Part shown: piece by piece, positions 53,780 to 64,000 of the stretch
How positions within the stretch are numbered: position 1 is the first letter of the stretch
Layout of the letters: the number at the start of each line of letters is the position of its first letter
Assembly (NCBI RefSeq): GCF_934754925.1
Contig: NZ_CAKVJA010000001.1
Span: forward strand, 226,137-290,136
Reading direction: 5' to 3'
DNA: 64,000 nt
DNA from: an uncultured Clostridium sp.
GTDB taxonomy: Bacteria > Bacillota > Clostridia > Clostridiales > Clostridiaceae
Program-made: the position numbers and the translations under genes
Notes under the pieces: generated by a model
What the model saw: the letters and a program-made list of their open reading frames with translations, nothing else
The model's database searches: none
What the model was told of the DNA's origin: nothing

Positions 53780-55090
53780 TTAATTTGCATTGTCAATAGC
53801 CCTCACAGTATACGACTTTATATTAACAGAATACCTCAATATAATAAAAGTTAATAGCTCAGAAACAAATAAACTAATCCATATACCATTAATTTTAAAT
53901 AATTTAGCTAAAATAAATAATGATATGGGAAGTAGTATAACGCTTCTAAAAGCACAGAAAATATTTGAAATCTTAGGCATACTTATTGACTGATAATAAA
54001 CTGTACTTATTAAATTAAAACCTACCATTATAAATGCAATATTTGTTACGTTTAACCCTATATATGCAATATTAGCAATTATAGTATCAGACGTAAAAAT
54101 CAATATCATATCTTTTCCAAATAAAAAACATATACTTATAAATATAATATTTATTAAAATTGATGCCTTCATTGTTATAGAATAATATTTTAACATTTTT
54201 TTTGATTTTTTAGCACCATAATTATAACTTAATAATGGTTGTACACCAAGTGATAATCCTAATAATACCATATAAATATTAGTTGTTATATAATTAATTA
54301 TTGCAAATGATGATAAGTAAGTTTCTCCCCCATAGTTAACTAATGCTAAGTTCATAAAAAATATTATTATAGAAAAACTTACTTCAGCAAAAAATGATGG
54401 AAAACCTATATTAATAAATTCCTTTATTATTTCTCTTTCTAATCTAACATTTCCAAATCTTAAAACTCCCTTGTTACCTATAAAATGTGGTATCAATATA
54501 GATATAGTTACTATTTGGCCAAGACCTGTTGCAATAGCAGCACCTTTTATTCCAAAATTTAATGGAAATATAAATATATAGTCTAAAACTATATTAGTTA
54601 CTGCACCTGATAAAGTTGATATCATTGCAAGTTTCGGTCTACCATCATTTCTAACGAAACTGTTTAAGGCAATTCCTATTAAATTTGGAATACAAAATAA
54701 ACTATAATACTTTAAATAAGTTGAAGCTAATGGAACTAAGTTATTTGTAGCACCTAGTATTTTTACTATTTGTGTTGAAAATACTATAAAAATTAAACTT
54801 ATACCTATACTTAAAATTAGTAAAAATTTAAATACTTGTCTAAATATTTTTATTGCTTTATCCTTATTATTACTTCCTATATTCTTAGATACAAGGTCTC
54901 CCCCACCAACAGCAAACATAGTTGCTATACCAAATAGCATTATAGTAAATGGCATAACTATATTAACTGCTGCTAATGCAGAATCTCCAACGCCTTGTCC
55001 AACAAAAATTCCATCAATTATTGTATATAGAGATGAAACAAACATGGCTAAAGCTGAAGGAACTGCATATTTTAAAAATTCTCTTATCAT
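53780..55090 (-). CDS. MATE family efflux transporter
   Basis: LYTIIDGIFVG, FVRNDG, NIVLDY, QPLLSYNYGA. GGAGG SD before ATG at 55090. Confidence 0.93.
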   Translation of the reverse strand: MIREFLKYAVPSALAMFVSSLYTIIDGIFVGQGVGDSALAAVNIVMPFTIMLFGIATMFAVGGGDLVSKNIGSNNKDKAIKIFRQVFKFLLILSIGISLIFIVFSTQIVKILGATNNLVPLASTYLKYYSLFCIPNLIGIALNSFVRNDGRPKLAMISTLSGAVTNIVLDYIFIFPLNFGIKGAAIATGLGQIVTISILIPHFIGNKGVLRFGNVRLEREIIKEFINIGFPSFFAEVSFSIIIFFMNLALVNYGGETYLSSFAIINYITTNIYMVLLGLSLGVQPLLSYNYGAKKSKKMLKYYSITMKASILINIIFISICFLFGKDMILIFTSDTIIANIAYIGLNVTNIAFIMVGFNLISTVYYQSISMPKISNIFCAFRSVILLPISLFILAKLFKINGIWISLFVSELLTFIILRYSVNIKSYTVRAIDNAN

Positions 55091-55121
55091 GATTACACCT
55101 CCATATTTTGTTTCTTTAATC

Positions 55122-55152
55122 ATGATAAAGTCTATAGTAACTATAGAGTCAA
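55122..55152 (-). promoter_or_regulatory. MerR-type promoter with 19-nt spacer and operator
   Basis: TTGACT-19 nt-TATCAT enclosing the palindrome TCTATAGT-A-ACTATAGA (55131-55147). Confidence 0.88.
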
Positions 55153-55266
55153 TAGTTATTTTTATAATATACAAAAAAGCTTCTATTAAAAATATATTAT
55201 TTCTAATAGAAGCTTTTTTCATTTATTTTATACTATAATCACTTTTATTAATTATATAAAAATTAC

Positions 55267-55836
55267 TTATTCTGTTGTTTCTTCATCTGATTCTTTATTA
55301 TTAGAATTATAACTTATTTTAGCCATAGCTAAATCTCTATTACTTTCTAATACCATTTCACTTGGTATAGCTAAATCTCTAATAAAAATTTGATTTCCCT
55401 CTTCTAAGTTAGATACATCTACAAGTAAATTTTCTGGAAATTTATCTGCTTCCCCTTGTAATTCAACATCTGTAATAAAAGATTCTAATAATAAGTTTTT
55501 AGATGCTAAGACTTCTTGTCCAACAAAATTTACTGGAATCTTCAATTTAACTATATCACCTTTGTTTATACTTTGAAAATCTATATGAATTATCTTTCCA
55601 AAGGGATCCTGCTGCATTTCTTTAACTATGCACTTCTTTAAACTTCCATTTAATTTTAAAGATACAATTGAACTCTTAGGATATCTTAATAATCTAATCA
55701 TTTCTTTTTTAGTCATTTTGGCAGCTAAAGACTTATGATGATTATCTCCATAAACAATACATGGGATTTCTCCATTTTTTCTTACTTTACTTCCCTTTTC
55801 ACTTCTTTCACATATGTTGAATACTAAATTATCCAT
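55267..55836 (-). CDS. rplY: 50S ribosomal protein L25 / Ctc
   Basis: RKNGEIPCIVYG, VKEMQQDP, HIDF, IPVNFVG. Confidence 0.85.
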   Translation of the reverse strand: MDNLVFNICERSEKGSKVRKNGEIPCIVYGDNHHKSLAAKMTKKEMIRLLRYPKSSIVSLKLNGSLKKCIVKEMQQDPFGKIIHIDFQSINKGDIVKLKIPVNFVGQEVLASKNLLLESFITDVELQGEADKFPENLLVDVSNLEEGNQIFIRDLAIPSEMVLESNRDLAMAKISYNSNNKESDEETTE

Positions 55837-55980
55837 TGCAATCCTTCCTTCATCTCTTATATTATACAAAGCTTTTATTTTGTATATCATATTTTATTCA
55901 GGTTAATTATTTAATATTACTATTTGAATATTATTGCTTTCAGACATAAATAAATATCCACCAGCTTACCTGGTGGATAT

Positions 55981-56751
55981 TTACTCTTCAAATAATCTTA
56001 GTACTCTTTCAACATAATCTTGACTATAGCCTTGATTTTTAAAATCTTCTATATAGAACTTATCAATTACTTTATCTTTTCCTAAACTTTGCAATTTACT
56101 ATCTATTTCATATATAACATTTTCATAACTTTCATTAACTACTTCAATAGACCCTCCAATTAAGCTTATTTTAGTACCATCTCTCATTACTAAATTATAG
56201 TATACATTACTTTCTTGACCCTTAGTAAAACCTAATTCTAACCTTTCAACATCATCATAATTATATACTTTATCCGAAAATACTGTTTTATAAATTATTT
56301 CATTATTTGTTACTGCAGTATAGTTAGTATAGCTAAATACAATAATTCCAATTATAAAGACAATATATAATACTTTTATTAAATTACTTTTTGCAAAAAT
56401 ATTTATCTTTTTGTCAATTTTTATGGTCCATTTTACTAATGGACTGTAAGAATCTATATTATTATATATTAAATTTCCTTTAACTTTTGAAGATACCCTT
56501 TTAACTAAAAACTTTCTATTAAGTTTAAATATTATTATACCTATAATAGATGCAATAAGAATCATAATAGCAACCATGCTTTCTGAAGATATAGTATAAA
56601 GTATAAATGATTTTTTTTCAGAAATTACTTTATGACTTTCAATGAATAGTAAATTTCCTGCTAAAACTAAGGCTATAGTAGTTACAATAATTACTAAGTA
56701 TTTAAGAATCCATTCTAAAAATTCCTTAATTGATTTATTCAAAATACTCAC
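55981..56751 (-). CDS. Hypothetical membrane protein
   Basis: Three hydrophobic segments, then a soluble C-terminal domain. Confidence 0.7.
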   Translation of the reverse strand: MSILNKSIKEFLEWILKYLVIIVTTIALVLAGNLLFIESHKVISEKKSFILYTISSESMVAIMILIASIIGIIIFKLNRKFLVKRVSSKVKGNLIYNNIDSYSPLVKWTIKIDKKINIFAKSNLIKVLYIVFIIGIIVFSYTNYTAVTNNEIIYKTVFSDKVYNYDDVERLELGFTKGQESNVYYNLVMRDGTKISLIGGSIEVVNESYENVIYEIDSKLQSLGKDKVIDKFYIEDFKNQGYSQDYVERVLRLFEE

Positions 56752-56939
56752 CCACTTTTATATTAGATACATCCTAAAACCTTTAATACTATTTTACTAT
56801 TTTTTTAGATTATTATCCATATTAAATGAGTATATCTAACATAAATTCTTTATATTAATAATAAAAAAAGGTTATATGCTGTTTCTTTTTACACAACATA
56901 TACCCTATTTATTTCATTTTTACTATTAATGCTTATAAT

Positions 56940-57063
56940 TTAAACTATTTGTTCAAATTGACTATTATATAATTCTGCATAGAATCCATTTTTAGCAATT
57001 AGTTCATCATGATTTCCACTTTCTAAAATATCTCTATCCTTTAATACAAGAATTACATCAGCT
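56940..57063 (-). pseudogene. C-terminal remnant of an ABC exporter
   Basis: ADVILVLKDRDILESGNHDELIAKNGFYAELYNSQFEQIV*. Confidence 0.85.
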
Positions 57064-57093
57064 ATCCATCATGTAATATTTCAATAAAATGCT

Positions 57094-57237
57094 CTAATCC
57101 ACATGATGATTATCTAATACATCCATTGCTTTTATACCATCTTCCGCCTTTAAAACTGAATAACCTTCTCTTTTTAAAATAGTCTCTAATAGTTTTCTCG
57201 TATGTTTATCATCTTCAACAACTAATATATTAATCAT
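57094..57237 (-). pseudogene. N-terminal remnant of a response regulator
   Basis: SD then MINILVVEDDKHTRKLLETILKREGYSVLKAEDGIKAMDVLDNHHVD*. Ends before the phospho-Asp. Confidence 0.85.
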
Positions 57238-57520
57238 AATATCCCTACCTTTAGTATTAATATAATTTATATATAAAATTTATTTTTAATTAAGACTTAC
57301 TTATTAAATTATCTATATAAATAAATTTTATTTCTATAATAATAGTAAATTATAAACTAAAAATAAACTTTAAAAACTTTACTATTAGTTTACTTTATAA
57401 TATGCAAACTAAAAAGTTATTTAAAACAAACCATTAATACATAAAATCTCAAGGATTCATAAGAATCCTTGAGATTTTAACTGTTTCTTTATATTAAACT
57501 TTATATTTTCATAGAAATAT

Positions 57521-58141
57521 CTATTTATTTTTTATAGATCTTATTACTTCAACCCTTGTAACTACATTATTAGTTATTTTGGCTACTCTTAAAGCAAAAC
57601 CTGGATAATAAATACATACACCTGTTCCTAATTCTAACTTTCTAGACTCTATTTCTCGTAAAATAATATCTTCTAAAGTATCTTCCTTATTATCATGTGG
57701 TATATTAATATGTTCTAAAAAGTTTATTCTTTTTACTCTTTCACTGCTTCTATAAATTGTTTTATCTACTTCATCAAAATTATAGAATAAATACTTTCTT
57801 GTAGCAAATAATACTGCAATAGCTATTACCCCAACTAAATTTTGAAATATTGTCATGTGTTCAACAATTAATTGTCTTGCAATAGCAAATAATAATACTT
57901 CTATTACTGTTTCCGGAGTATGCTTACATAACATCTTTATAAATTCTATTCCTATAACAAAATTAAAGGCTATAGATAAATAATTATTAAATGCCTCTAA
58001 ATTATTGTTTGAAAAAATAGATTTAATATCAAAAATAAGATATACAACTGATATTGCAATACAAACTGCTAAAAGTATTCCTATTATCATTTCTAGTGTA
58101 TCTACTATTTTTAGTATCTGTTCTTTTATAAATTTTTTCAT
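57521..58141 (-). CDS. PsiE-like membrane protein with a C-terminal CorC/HlyC-like domain
   Basis: VIGIEFIKML, IEVLLFAIARQLIV. C-terminal DTL..I...G..I...RVEV. Confidence 0.65.
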   Translation of the reverse strand: MKKFIKEQILKIVDTLEMIIGILLAVCIAISVVYLIFDIKSIFSNNNLEAFNNYLSIAFNFVIGIEFIKMLCKHTPETVIEVLLFAIARQLIVEHMTIFQNLVGVIAIAVLFATRKYLFYNFDEVDKTIYRSSERVKRINFLEHINIPHDNKEDTLEDIILREIESRKLELGTGVCIYYPGFALRVAKITNNVVTRVEVIRSIKNK

Positions 58142-58277
58142 GTATCTGCCTCTTTCTTTACCATAAAACTTATACTTAATAATACAATCTCTTCTATAAT
58201 ATCACGAAAAGCAACAGAATTACTGTGATAATAATTACAGTATAATGATAATATTTTTGTAAAATTACATTAATTAT

Positions 58278-60248
58278 TTAAGACACCTCATAAATATCAG
58301 ACAATTCTAATTCTATATTGTGTTTATCAATAGAATAACTTTTAGCTTCTGATGATTCAATCTGTAAATTAGGCAATAATATTTTAAATTTACTTCCTAT
58401 ATTCACTTCACTTTCTAATTTTATTTCTCCATCATGAAGATCAATTAGAGATTTAATAATACTAAGTCCTATTCCACTACCTTCATTCATACGAGTAAAA
58501 GATTTATCAGCTTGTACAAATTTTTCAAATATAATCTGTTTACTAATATCAGGAATTCCAATTCCCTCATCTATTACTTCTATTTCAACCCACTCTTCAT
58601 TTACTAAAATATTAACAAATATATTTTTATTTAAATCAGAAAACTTTATTGCATTTGATAATAAATTAAGAATTACTCTCTCAATCATAGATGCATCACA
58701 TTTTATAATATGCTGTTCAACATTAGTATCAAATTGTATATTAATATTTTTTAGCAAAGCGTACTCAACAACTGATAATGTTAACTCTTCCACAATATTA
58801 ATAATATCATAATTCATAAAATTGGCACTTAAAAGCTTGCTCTCTATCTTTGATATATCAACAATATTATTTATTAGCCTTTGCATTCTTTTACAATTTA
58901 TATCTAGTGGCCTTTTATACTTTTCATATACTTTTTTAAAATCAACATTTTCATTTTTACTATACATATTAAATAATTGAAGTGTAGAATATATTATATT
59001 TAAAGGTGTTCTTAACTCATGAGATATATTTGAAAAAAATTCATTTTTAGATTTATCATAGACTTTTAACTTTTCTAACTCTAATTCTCTTTTTATCTCA
59101 TCAGAAATATCCATAAACGAAACAGATATAACATTTTCGTAATCTGTCTCTATTAATTGAACAGTACAATCCATAGTAATATTATCAGTATCATCTTTTA
59201 TTATACCTCTCCACCCTCCATTATCCTTAAGTAATGTAGTAACTTCATCAGACCATAAAGACTTATTTTTTATTTTAATTAATTCTCCTAAGTTAAATGA
59301 ATTTATATTGTTTCCAATTAAGCCATGGGACCTTAGTTTTTCATTAGCATACAATACTTCACCATCTTCTTTACATATAAACATGAATATATATTTATTA
59401 TTTTCAAATAAATCATAAAACACTTTAAAATTATTATTTAATACCTTTGTCCTGCATATATACATATATAATTCTATAAATACACCACAAATTATTATTA
59501 AAAAGCTAATATATGTTATTGATACTGAAACTAATTTTAAATAAAACGATATATTATTTACTCCATATATAGCTATCATCGCTTTAATAGCTAGCATTGA
59601 TATACTTAATGACAAAACTACAAATAAATATTCTTTTTCTTTCATACCAGTAATAAATAATTTAAGTGAGCATAATATATAAACTATAATTAACATTCTA
59701 TTATAATTTACAAAAACAAAATTTGAATGATATAAATTATTAACCTTAATAGTATTTTCTATAAGACCTAATATCACAGTATATCCTATTACAAATAATA
59801 ATGAATAGGTTTTATTTTTTACAATAATACTTTTAAATTTATTTCTAGGGATTATTGCTACTATAATTAAAAACACCCTAGCTAATGAAGTTGATATAGT
59901 TAAGTAATTTGAAAGAGTATATTCGGTAAAATAAAAGCTTAGATAATCTATATGCTCTAGAAGTATATCTATTAACCATACTAAATACATCAAACTAATA
60001 ATAAAAACACTATCATTTTTTAATCTACAATATGAAATTAGACAACTTCCTAACGCCAATATTGATAATATAGAATTAAATGATTTTATAAATACTAATG
60101 CTACCCCTGTATATGTCATATTTTTATCTAATTTAAAAATTATATTTATAAAAATTAGTGATATTAAAGTTAACATAATAATATTTATATATAGTATTGG
60201 TTTTTCCTTAATTTCTCTTAATTTTTTATTTATAATATTTTCTACCAT
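58278..60248 (-). CDS. Orphan multi-TM sensor histidine kinase
   Basis: About 8 TM, PAS-like segment, SHELRTPL, NLLSNAIKF, EGSGIGL, C-terminal ELSDIY. Confidence 0.93.
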   Translation of the reverse strand: MVENIINKKLREIKEKPILYINIIMLTLISLIFINIIFKLDKNMTYTGVALVFIKSFNSILSILALGSCLISYCRLKNDSVFIISLMYLVWLIDILLEHIDYLSFYFTEYTLSNYLTISTSLARVFLIIVAIIPRNKFKSIIVKNKTYSLLFVIGYTVILGLIENTIKVNNLYHSNFVFVNYNRMLIIVYILCSLKLFITGMKEKEYLFVVLSLSISMLAIKAMIAIYGVNNISFYLKLVSVSITYISFLIIICGVFIELYMYICRTKVLNNNFKVFYDLFENNKYIFMFICKEDGEVLYANEKLRSHGLIGNNINSFNLGELIKIKNKSLWSDEVTTLLKDNGGWRGIIKDDTDNITMDCTVQLIETDYENVISVSFMDISDEIKRELELEKLKVYDKSKNEFFSNISHELRTPLNIIYSTLQLFNMYSKNENVDFKKVYEKYKRPLDINCKRMQRLINNIVDISKIESKLLSANFMNYDIINIVEELTLSVVEYALLKNINIQFDTNVEQHIIKCDASMIERVILNLLSNAIKFSDLNKNIFVNILVNEEWVEIEVIDEGIGIPDISKQIIFEKFVQADKSFTRMNEGSGIGLSIIKSLIDLHDGEIKLESEVNIGSKFKILLPNLQIESSEAKSYSIDKHNIELELSDIYEVS

Positions 60249-60513
60249 TATTCTCTCCCTTTTATATTTACAATTTATATTATTTTATTCCATAAAACGA
60301 ATTATTTCAACATATATTGTAAATAAAGTTATGTTTTATGTTTTTTTGTAAAATATTCATAACTTTTTTTCTTCTTATACTCGAAATTCTTAAGAAAATG
60401 CTTTATTATTTCAAAACATCATAATAATTTCCTATATAATAAAAATTTAAAATATTATAAATAAAAACTAGCTATCCTTATATAGTTGAAAATAAGGATA
60501 GCTCTAAATTCTT

Positions 60514-60993
60514 TTAATTATTATTACGCTTATCTATTATATTATCTATAATTATAACTAAAGCTATTATAAAAGGATGATTCTCATAATTTATATCAAC
60601 ATAGTAATTATCTGTAAATGATAAAATTTCCTTATCAATAACTGCAATAGTTCTTCCATTATGATTAATTGTATAACTATAATGCCAAAAATCTCCTTGA
60701 ATTTCAAAATTGCCATAATTACTTTCAACAAATATACTATCCTTAAAAAATGTAAGCTGTTTTTTTACCCTACCTATTATATTATCATTAGCATCATATA
60801 TTTCATAACTTGGCATAAACTTTAGCAGTTTTTCTCTAACCTTATATATTTCATTATTATTTTCTATTACTCTAAATTGTAATCCAAAACTGAAAAATTC
60901 CTTATCTATAAAATAAGAATCTTCTCCTTTGTTATTTTTAACCCAAAAGTCTTCTTTAATTTTAAATAACTTTGATTTAATATAATATCTCAT
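60514..60993 (-). CDS. LURP-one-related / Tubby-C protein
   Basis: YYIK.KLF, G.VKK.LTFFK, GDFW.YSY, SFTDNY. Confidence 0.85.
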   Translation of the reverse strand: MRYYIKSKLFKIKEDFWVKNNKGEDSYFIDKEFFSFGLQFRVIENNNEIYKVREKLLKFMPSYEIYDANDNIIGRVKKQLTFFKDSIFVESNYGNFEIQGDFWHYSYTINHNGRTIAVIDKEILSFTDNYYVDINYENHPFIIALVIIIDNIIDKRNNN

Positions 60994-61063
60994 TTAAATC
61001 CCCCTAAAATAATCTTAATATACTATGATAAATTAAGAGAAGTCAAAAATACTTCCCTAAAAC

Positions 61064-62158
61064 TTATATATTACTATATACCTTTTTTTCACTATCTCTT
61101 GTAAAAATTAATGCTATCATAATTGCAAATACTCCTGCAGATAATTTACTTAATATAACTGGAATTATCATCTTTGATTCAACACCAGCAGTAAATCCTA
61201 AATGAGCTCCTAATGTTGATGTAGCTGCAACTAGCCATGCTATATTTACTATTTTACCCTTATTGTTCATATCTTTTAACATCTTAAAAACAGGAATACT
61301 ATTGGCTAATGAAAAAATTATACCTGCAACACTAGTGGAATCTAACCCTATATATCTTCCTAATTTTCTAAGTGGCTTGTCTAATAAATTTATTATTAAT
61401 GTTAACATAGGAAATGTTCCTAAAAGAACTATTCCGATATTTATTACTACATTCATTCCTTCATCAATAGGCAACATACCCCTAATTAATACTATACCAG
61501 TTAACTTTTCAAAGGCTGCAGCAGCTAAACCTATTGTAGTAATCATCATTATAAATTTTCCAAAATATAATACCCCTCTTATAAATATATTTTGAAAAAA
61601 CTTTAATCCTAAAATTAGAATTAATGAAACAAAAATAATAGGAATAATATTTATTAGAAGCATTTTTATATTTATTTTCATTATTACTCCGCCAACAATT
61701 GATCCTAAGGGAATAGTTGATAACCCTATTAATAATCCCTTTGCAAAAAATTCTTTATCTTTTTCTTCTATTAATCCTAATGCAACAGGAATAGAAAATA
61801 CTATAGTACATCCTAACATAGATGAAACTATTAATCCTGAAAATAAAGCAATTTCTTTGTTTTCTCCTAATGATAAGGCTAATTGATACCCACCCATATC
61901 ATTTGCTAAAATTGAAGCAAACATAGCCGGATCTGCTCCTAAAAATTTATAAAAAGGTATTATTATAGGTCCTAAAATATTAGATATTACCGGAGATAAA
62001 CTAACTATACCAACCATACTAAGTGCTAAAGGGCCCATCGAATTTAATCCTTCTTCAAATTTTTCTCCCAATCCAAATTTATTTTTTAATAATCGGTCTA
62101 TAGCACCAACAAGTATACCTATTGCCATTAACCATATTATAAACTTATCAAATGTCAT
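61064..62158 (-). CDS. eutH: Ethanolamine utilization transporter EutH
   Basis: GLGEKFEEG, MGPLALSMVG, GADPAMF, LANDMGGY, LGAHLGFTAG. Confidence 0.9.
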   Translation of the reverse strand: MTFDKFIIWLMAIGILVGAIDRLLKNKFGLGEKFEEGLNSMGPLALSMVGIVSLSPVISNILGPIIIPFYKFLGADPAMFASILANDMGGYQLALSLGENKEIALFSGLIVSSMLGCTIVFSIPVALGLIEEKDKEFFAKGLLIGLSTIPLGSIVGGVIMKINIKMLLINIIPIIFVSLILILGLKFFQNIFIRGVLYFGKFIMMITTIGLAAAAFEKLTGIVLIRGMLPIDEGMNVVINIGIVLLGTFPMLTLIINLLDKPLRKLGRYIGLDSTSVAGIIFSLANSIPVFKMLKDMNNKGKIVNIAWLVAATSTLGAHLGFTAGVESKMIIPVILSKLSAGVFAIMIALIFTRDSEKKVYSNI

Positions 62159-62357
62159 ATATTAATTTGTCCCCCTACTATATTATAATGTCTAAAATTA
62201 TATCATGAAATGTATATTATATATAGCTTTATATAAAAAGCAATATCATTATATTTTGTTAATAATATTGCTTTTTATTTTAAAAATTATTTAATTATAA
62301 ATGTTTTATACTTGATTTTATTTTTTATGTTTATATCATCATTTACGAGTATTTTAT

Positions 62358-62618
62358 TTAAGATGTTAATTTAATTTTATTAAAAAATTGATACATATTA
62401 TTTAAAGAATCAATATGAGTTCTTTCATATCCATGGCTACCTCTTGTTCCTGGTCCTATAGCTGCATGTCTTACATTATTACCTGCAGTCATTGCAAAAT
62501 CAGAATCTGTACCATATCGTGGTGTAAAGATATCAATTTCATATGCCACATCTGCTTTTTCAGCCGCTTCAACAAGCTCTGTTAACATTTCATAATGATA
62601 TGGAAATCTTGAATCCAT
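62358..62618 (-). pseudogene. C-terminal fragment of an M42 family peptidase
   Basis: DSRFPY, IDIF..YGTD, IGPGTRGSHGYERTH. No SD, and no room for the N-terminal part. Confidence 0.75.
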
Positions 62619-62657
62619 ATTACATGCTAATAAAAAAATAGAGACAAGCTCATATTT

Positions 62658-63662
62658 TTATATAAGCTTGTCTGCGTATTCTAATTTTTTATTAAATATT
62701 AATTTATCTGCTAAAAGAGCTAACATAACTCCTATACATATGTACCCTACTCTTTCTATAGCTGTTGTGATAGTCCCATTAGTTACTGAAACTGAAGCGA
62801 CTACTGACACAGTTATACATATAATTTTATCTCTATAGTTGGTAGTATATGAATCTAAGTACCCAGCTACTAAAACTAGCAATCCTCTTATAGTATTATC
62901 TTTAATAATCATGAATAATATCATTATTATAATTACACCTATAATAGTTCCTTGTAAACGCTGCTTTGATCTTTCTATGCAATGTTCAGAATATAATTCA
63001 GTTAACGCAAATATTGTATATACTATCCAACGTCCTTGAGCTAAATTAAATAAATCTACTAAAAATACTGCTATTGTAGTAATTAAAGCTACCCTAATTG
63101 CATAAGCTCCTCTTACATGATGAATATCAAATTTATTAAATATTCTTATATATTCACTCTCTTTATTTATAATATCTTTTTCTATATTTTTAACTTCAAT
63201 TTTATTATTTTTGCTCTTTCTATGAACTATAAGTTGAATCAGCATTATTAAAAATGCCCCAATCGTTAGTCCTACTAATCTTTTTATAAAATCATTGCCT
63301 GTTACAGGAGTATATAACATAAATAAATATTGTAATCCAAAAGGAACAAGGATTACCTTATTTAATTTAGATGTTAAAAAATAACCAATTAATAATAAAA
63401 CTACAAAATTTAAAACTAATCCCAAATATATATGATGACTTGATATATTAGAGAAAATTCCTGAAATTAAATTTATAAAAAGTAATTTTATAAAATTATT
63501 ATATAAGTTCTTAGTTAAATCCTCTTGCATTAGTACTAATATCGACACTAGTATAGTAACTCCTACTAAGTTGTTACTTGCTCCAAATATACGCCCAAAC
63601 AAGTTAACAAATAATAAAATTACTATAAACATTATAGTATTAGATATAATTTTATTTTTCAT
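62658..63662 (-). CDS. FUSC / aromatic acid exporter family membrane protein
   Basis: YAIRVAL, GRWIVYT, QRLQGTIIG, ERVGY. Confidence 0.8.
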   Translation of the reverse strand: MKNKIISNTIMFIVILLFVNLFGRIFGASNNLVGVTILVSILVLMQEDLTKNLYNNFIKLLFINLISGIFSNISSHHIYLGLVLNFVVLLLIGYFLTSKLNKVILVPFGLQYLFMLYTPVTGNDFIKRLVGLTIGAFLIMLIQLIVHRKSKNNKIEVKNIEKDIINKESEYIRIFNKFDIHHVRGAYAIRVALITTIAVFLVDLFNLAQGRWIVYTIFALTELYSEHCIERSKQRLQGTIIGVIIIMILFMIIKDNTIRGLLVLVAGYLDSYTTNYRDKIICITVSVVASVSVTNGTITTAIERVGYICIGVMLALLADKLIFNKKLEYADKLI

Positions 63663-63814
63663 AAAATTCCCTCCATTTCTCTTTTCTAATTGTTTGAAAC
63701 AACGAACAATATTATCATAAAAAATTAATAAATTCAAATATAAAAACTTAAAATTCACAAAATTTTTAATAAATATGATATAATCGTATAAGTATATAAG
63801 GGGGGAAATTCAAT

Positions 63815-64000
63815 ATGTTTAATTTATTATTAGCAGTCATATATTTAGCTTTTATTAGTTTAGGATTACCAGATTCATTATTAGGATCTGTTTGGCCCAC
63901 TATGTATCAGGAATTTAATGTTCCTGTATCTTATGCTGGTGCAATTTTTATGATTATTTCTGCTGGCACAATTTTTTCTAGTTTACAAAGCGATCGTCTT
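63815..64000 (+). CDS. MFS transporter (5' part, runs off the window)
   Basis: GGGGG SD, then MFNLLLAVIYLAFISLGLPDSLLGSVWPTM...SLQSDRL. Confidence 0.85.
   Translation, partial: MFNLLLAVIYLAFISLGLPDSLLGSVWPTMYQEFNVPVSYAGAIFMIISAGTIFSSLQSDRL

Noticed and set aside
787..63039. Short shadow ORFs in the track (787, 1267, 8505, 9040, 12447, 16137, 16187, 17065, 19139, 21218, 22969, 23656, 26730, 27996, 31283, 33341, 50809, 53790, 55044, 56642, 61263, 62839)
   Set aside because: Each is antisense or off-frame within a well-supported gene and has no recognisable motifs.
1..64000. CRISPR arrays, IS elements, tRNA/rRNA
   Set aside because: No spaced direct repeats, transposase motifs or GC-rich structural RNA other than the FMN aptamer were seen by eye. 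The long inverted repeats sit at gene 3' ends, consistent with terminators.

Overview
A very AT-rich chromosomal window from a Clostridium-like firmicute (inferred from GGAGG Shine-Dalgarno sites, TTGACA/TATAAT promoters and gene content). Most genes are on the minus strand. Intact core or metabolic modules include the [FeFe]-hydrogenase maturation operon (TM1266-hydE-hydG-hydF), metH, birA-bioY with a BirA operator, an FMN-riboswitch-led ribD-ribE-ribBA-ribH-HAD operon, dusA, selO, rplY, two MATE/regulator pairs, oppA, a GH3 glucosidase, eutH, a two-component system and an orphan kinase. I saw no tRNA, rRNA, CRISPR array, integrase or transposase. Several collapsed relics are present: a sulfonate/arylsulfate operon that includes an in-frame three-gene chimera, a response-regulator/ABC scar, an M42 fragment, and an NrtR-Nudix plus divergent PurA-like locus with one in-frame TAG. 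The strongest leads are (1) an attenuator-like leader with no family I recognise upstream of the hydrogenase maturases, (2) a catalytically dead, TPR-fused peptidase paralog heading a two-component operon, (3) a PurA-fold ligase lacking the aspartate-binding loop, (4) a hairpin/terminator element in the YezD sulfur operon, (5) two terminators both complementary to one FMN aptamer strand, and (6) a stand-alone polymorphic-toxin-like domain. All family calls come from motif recognition by eye; no searches were run.
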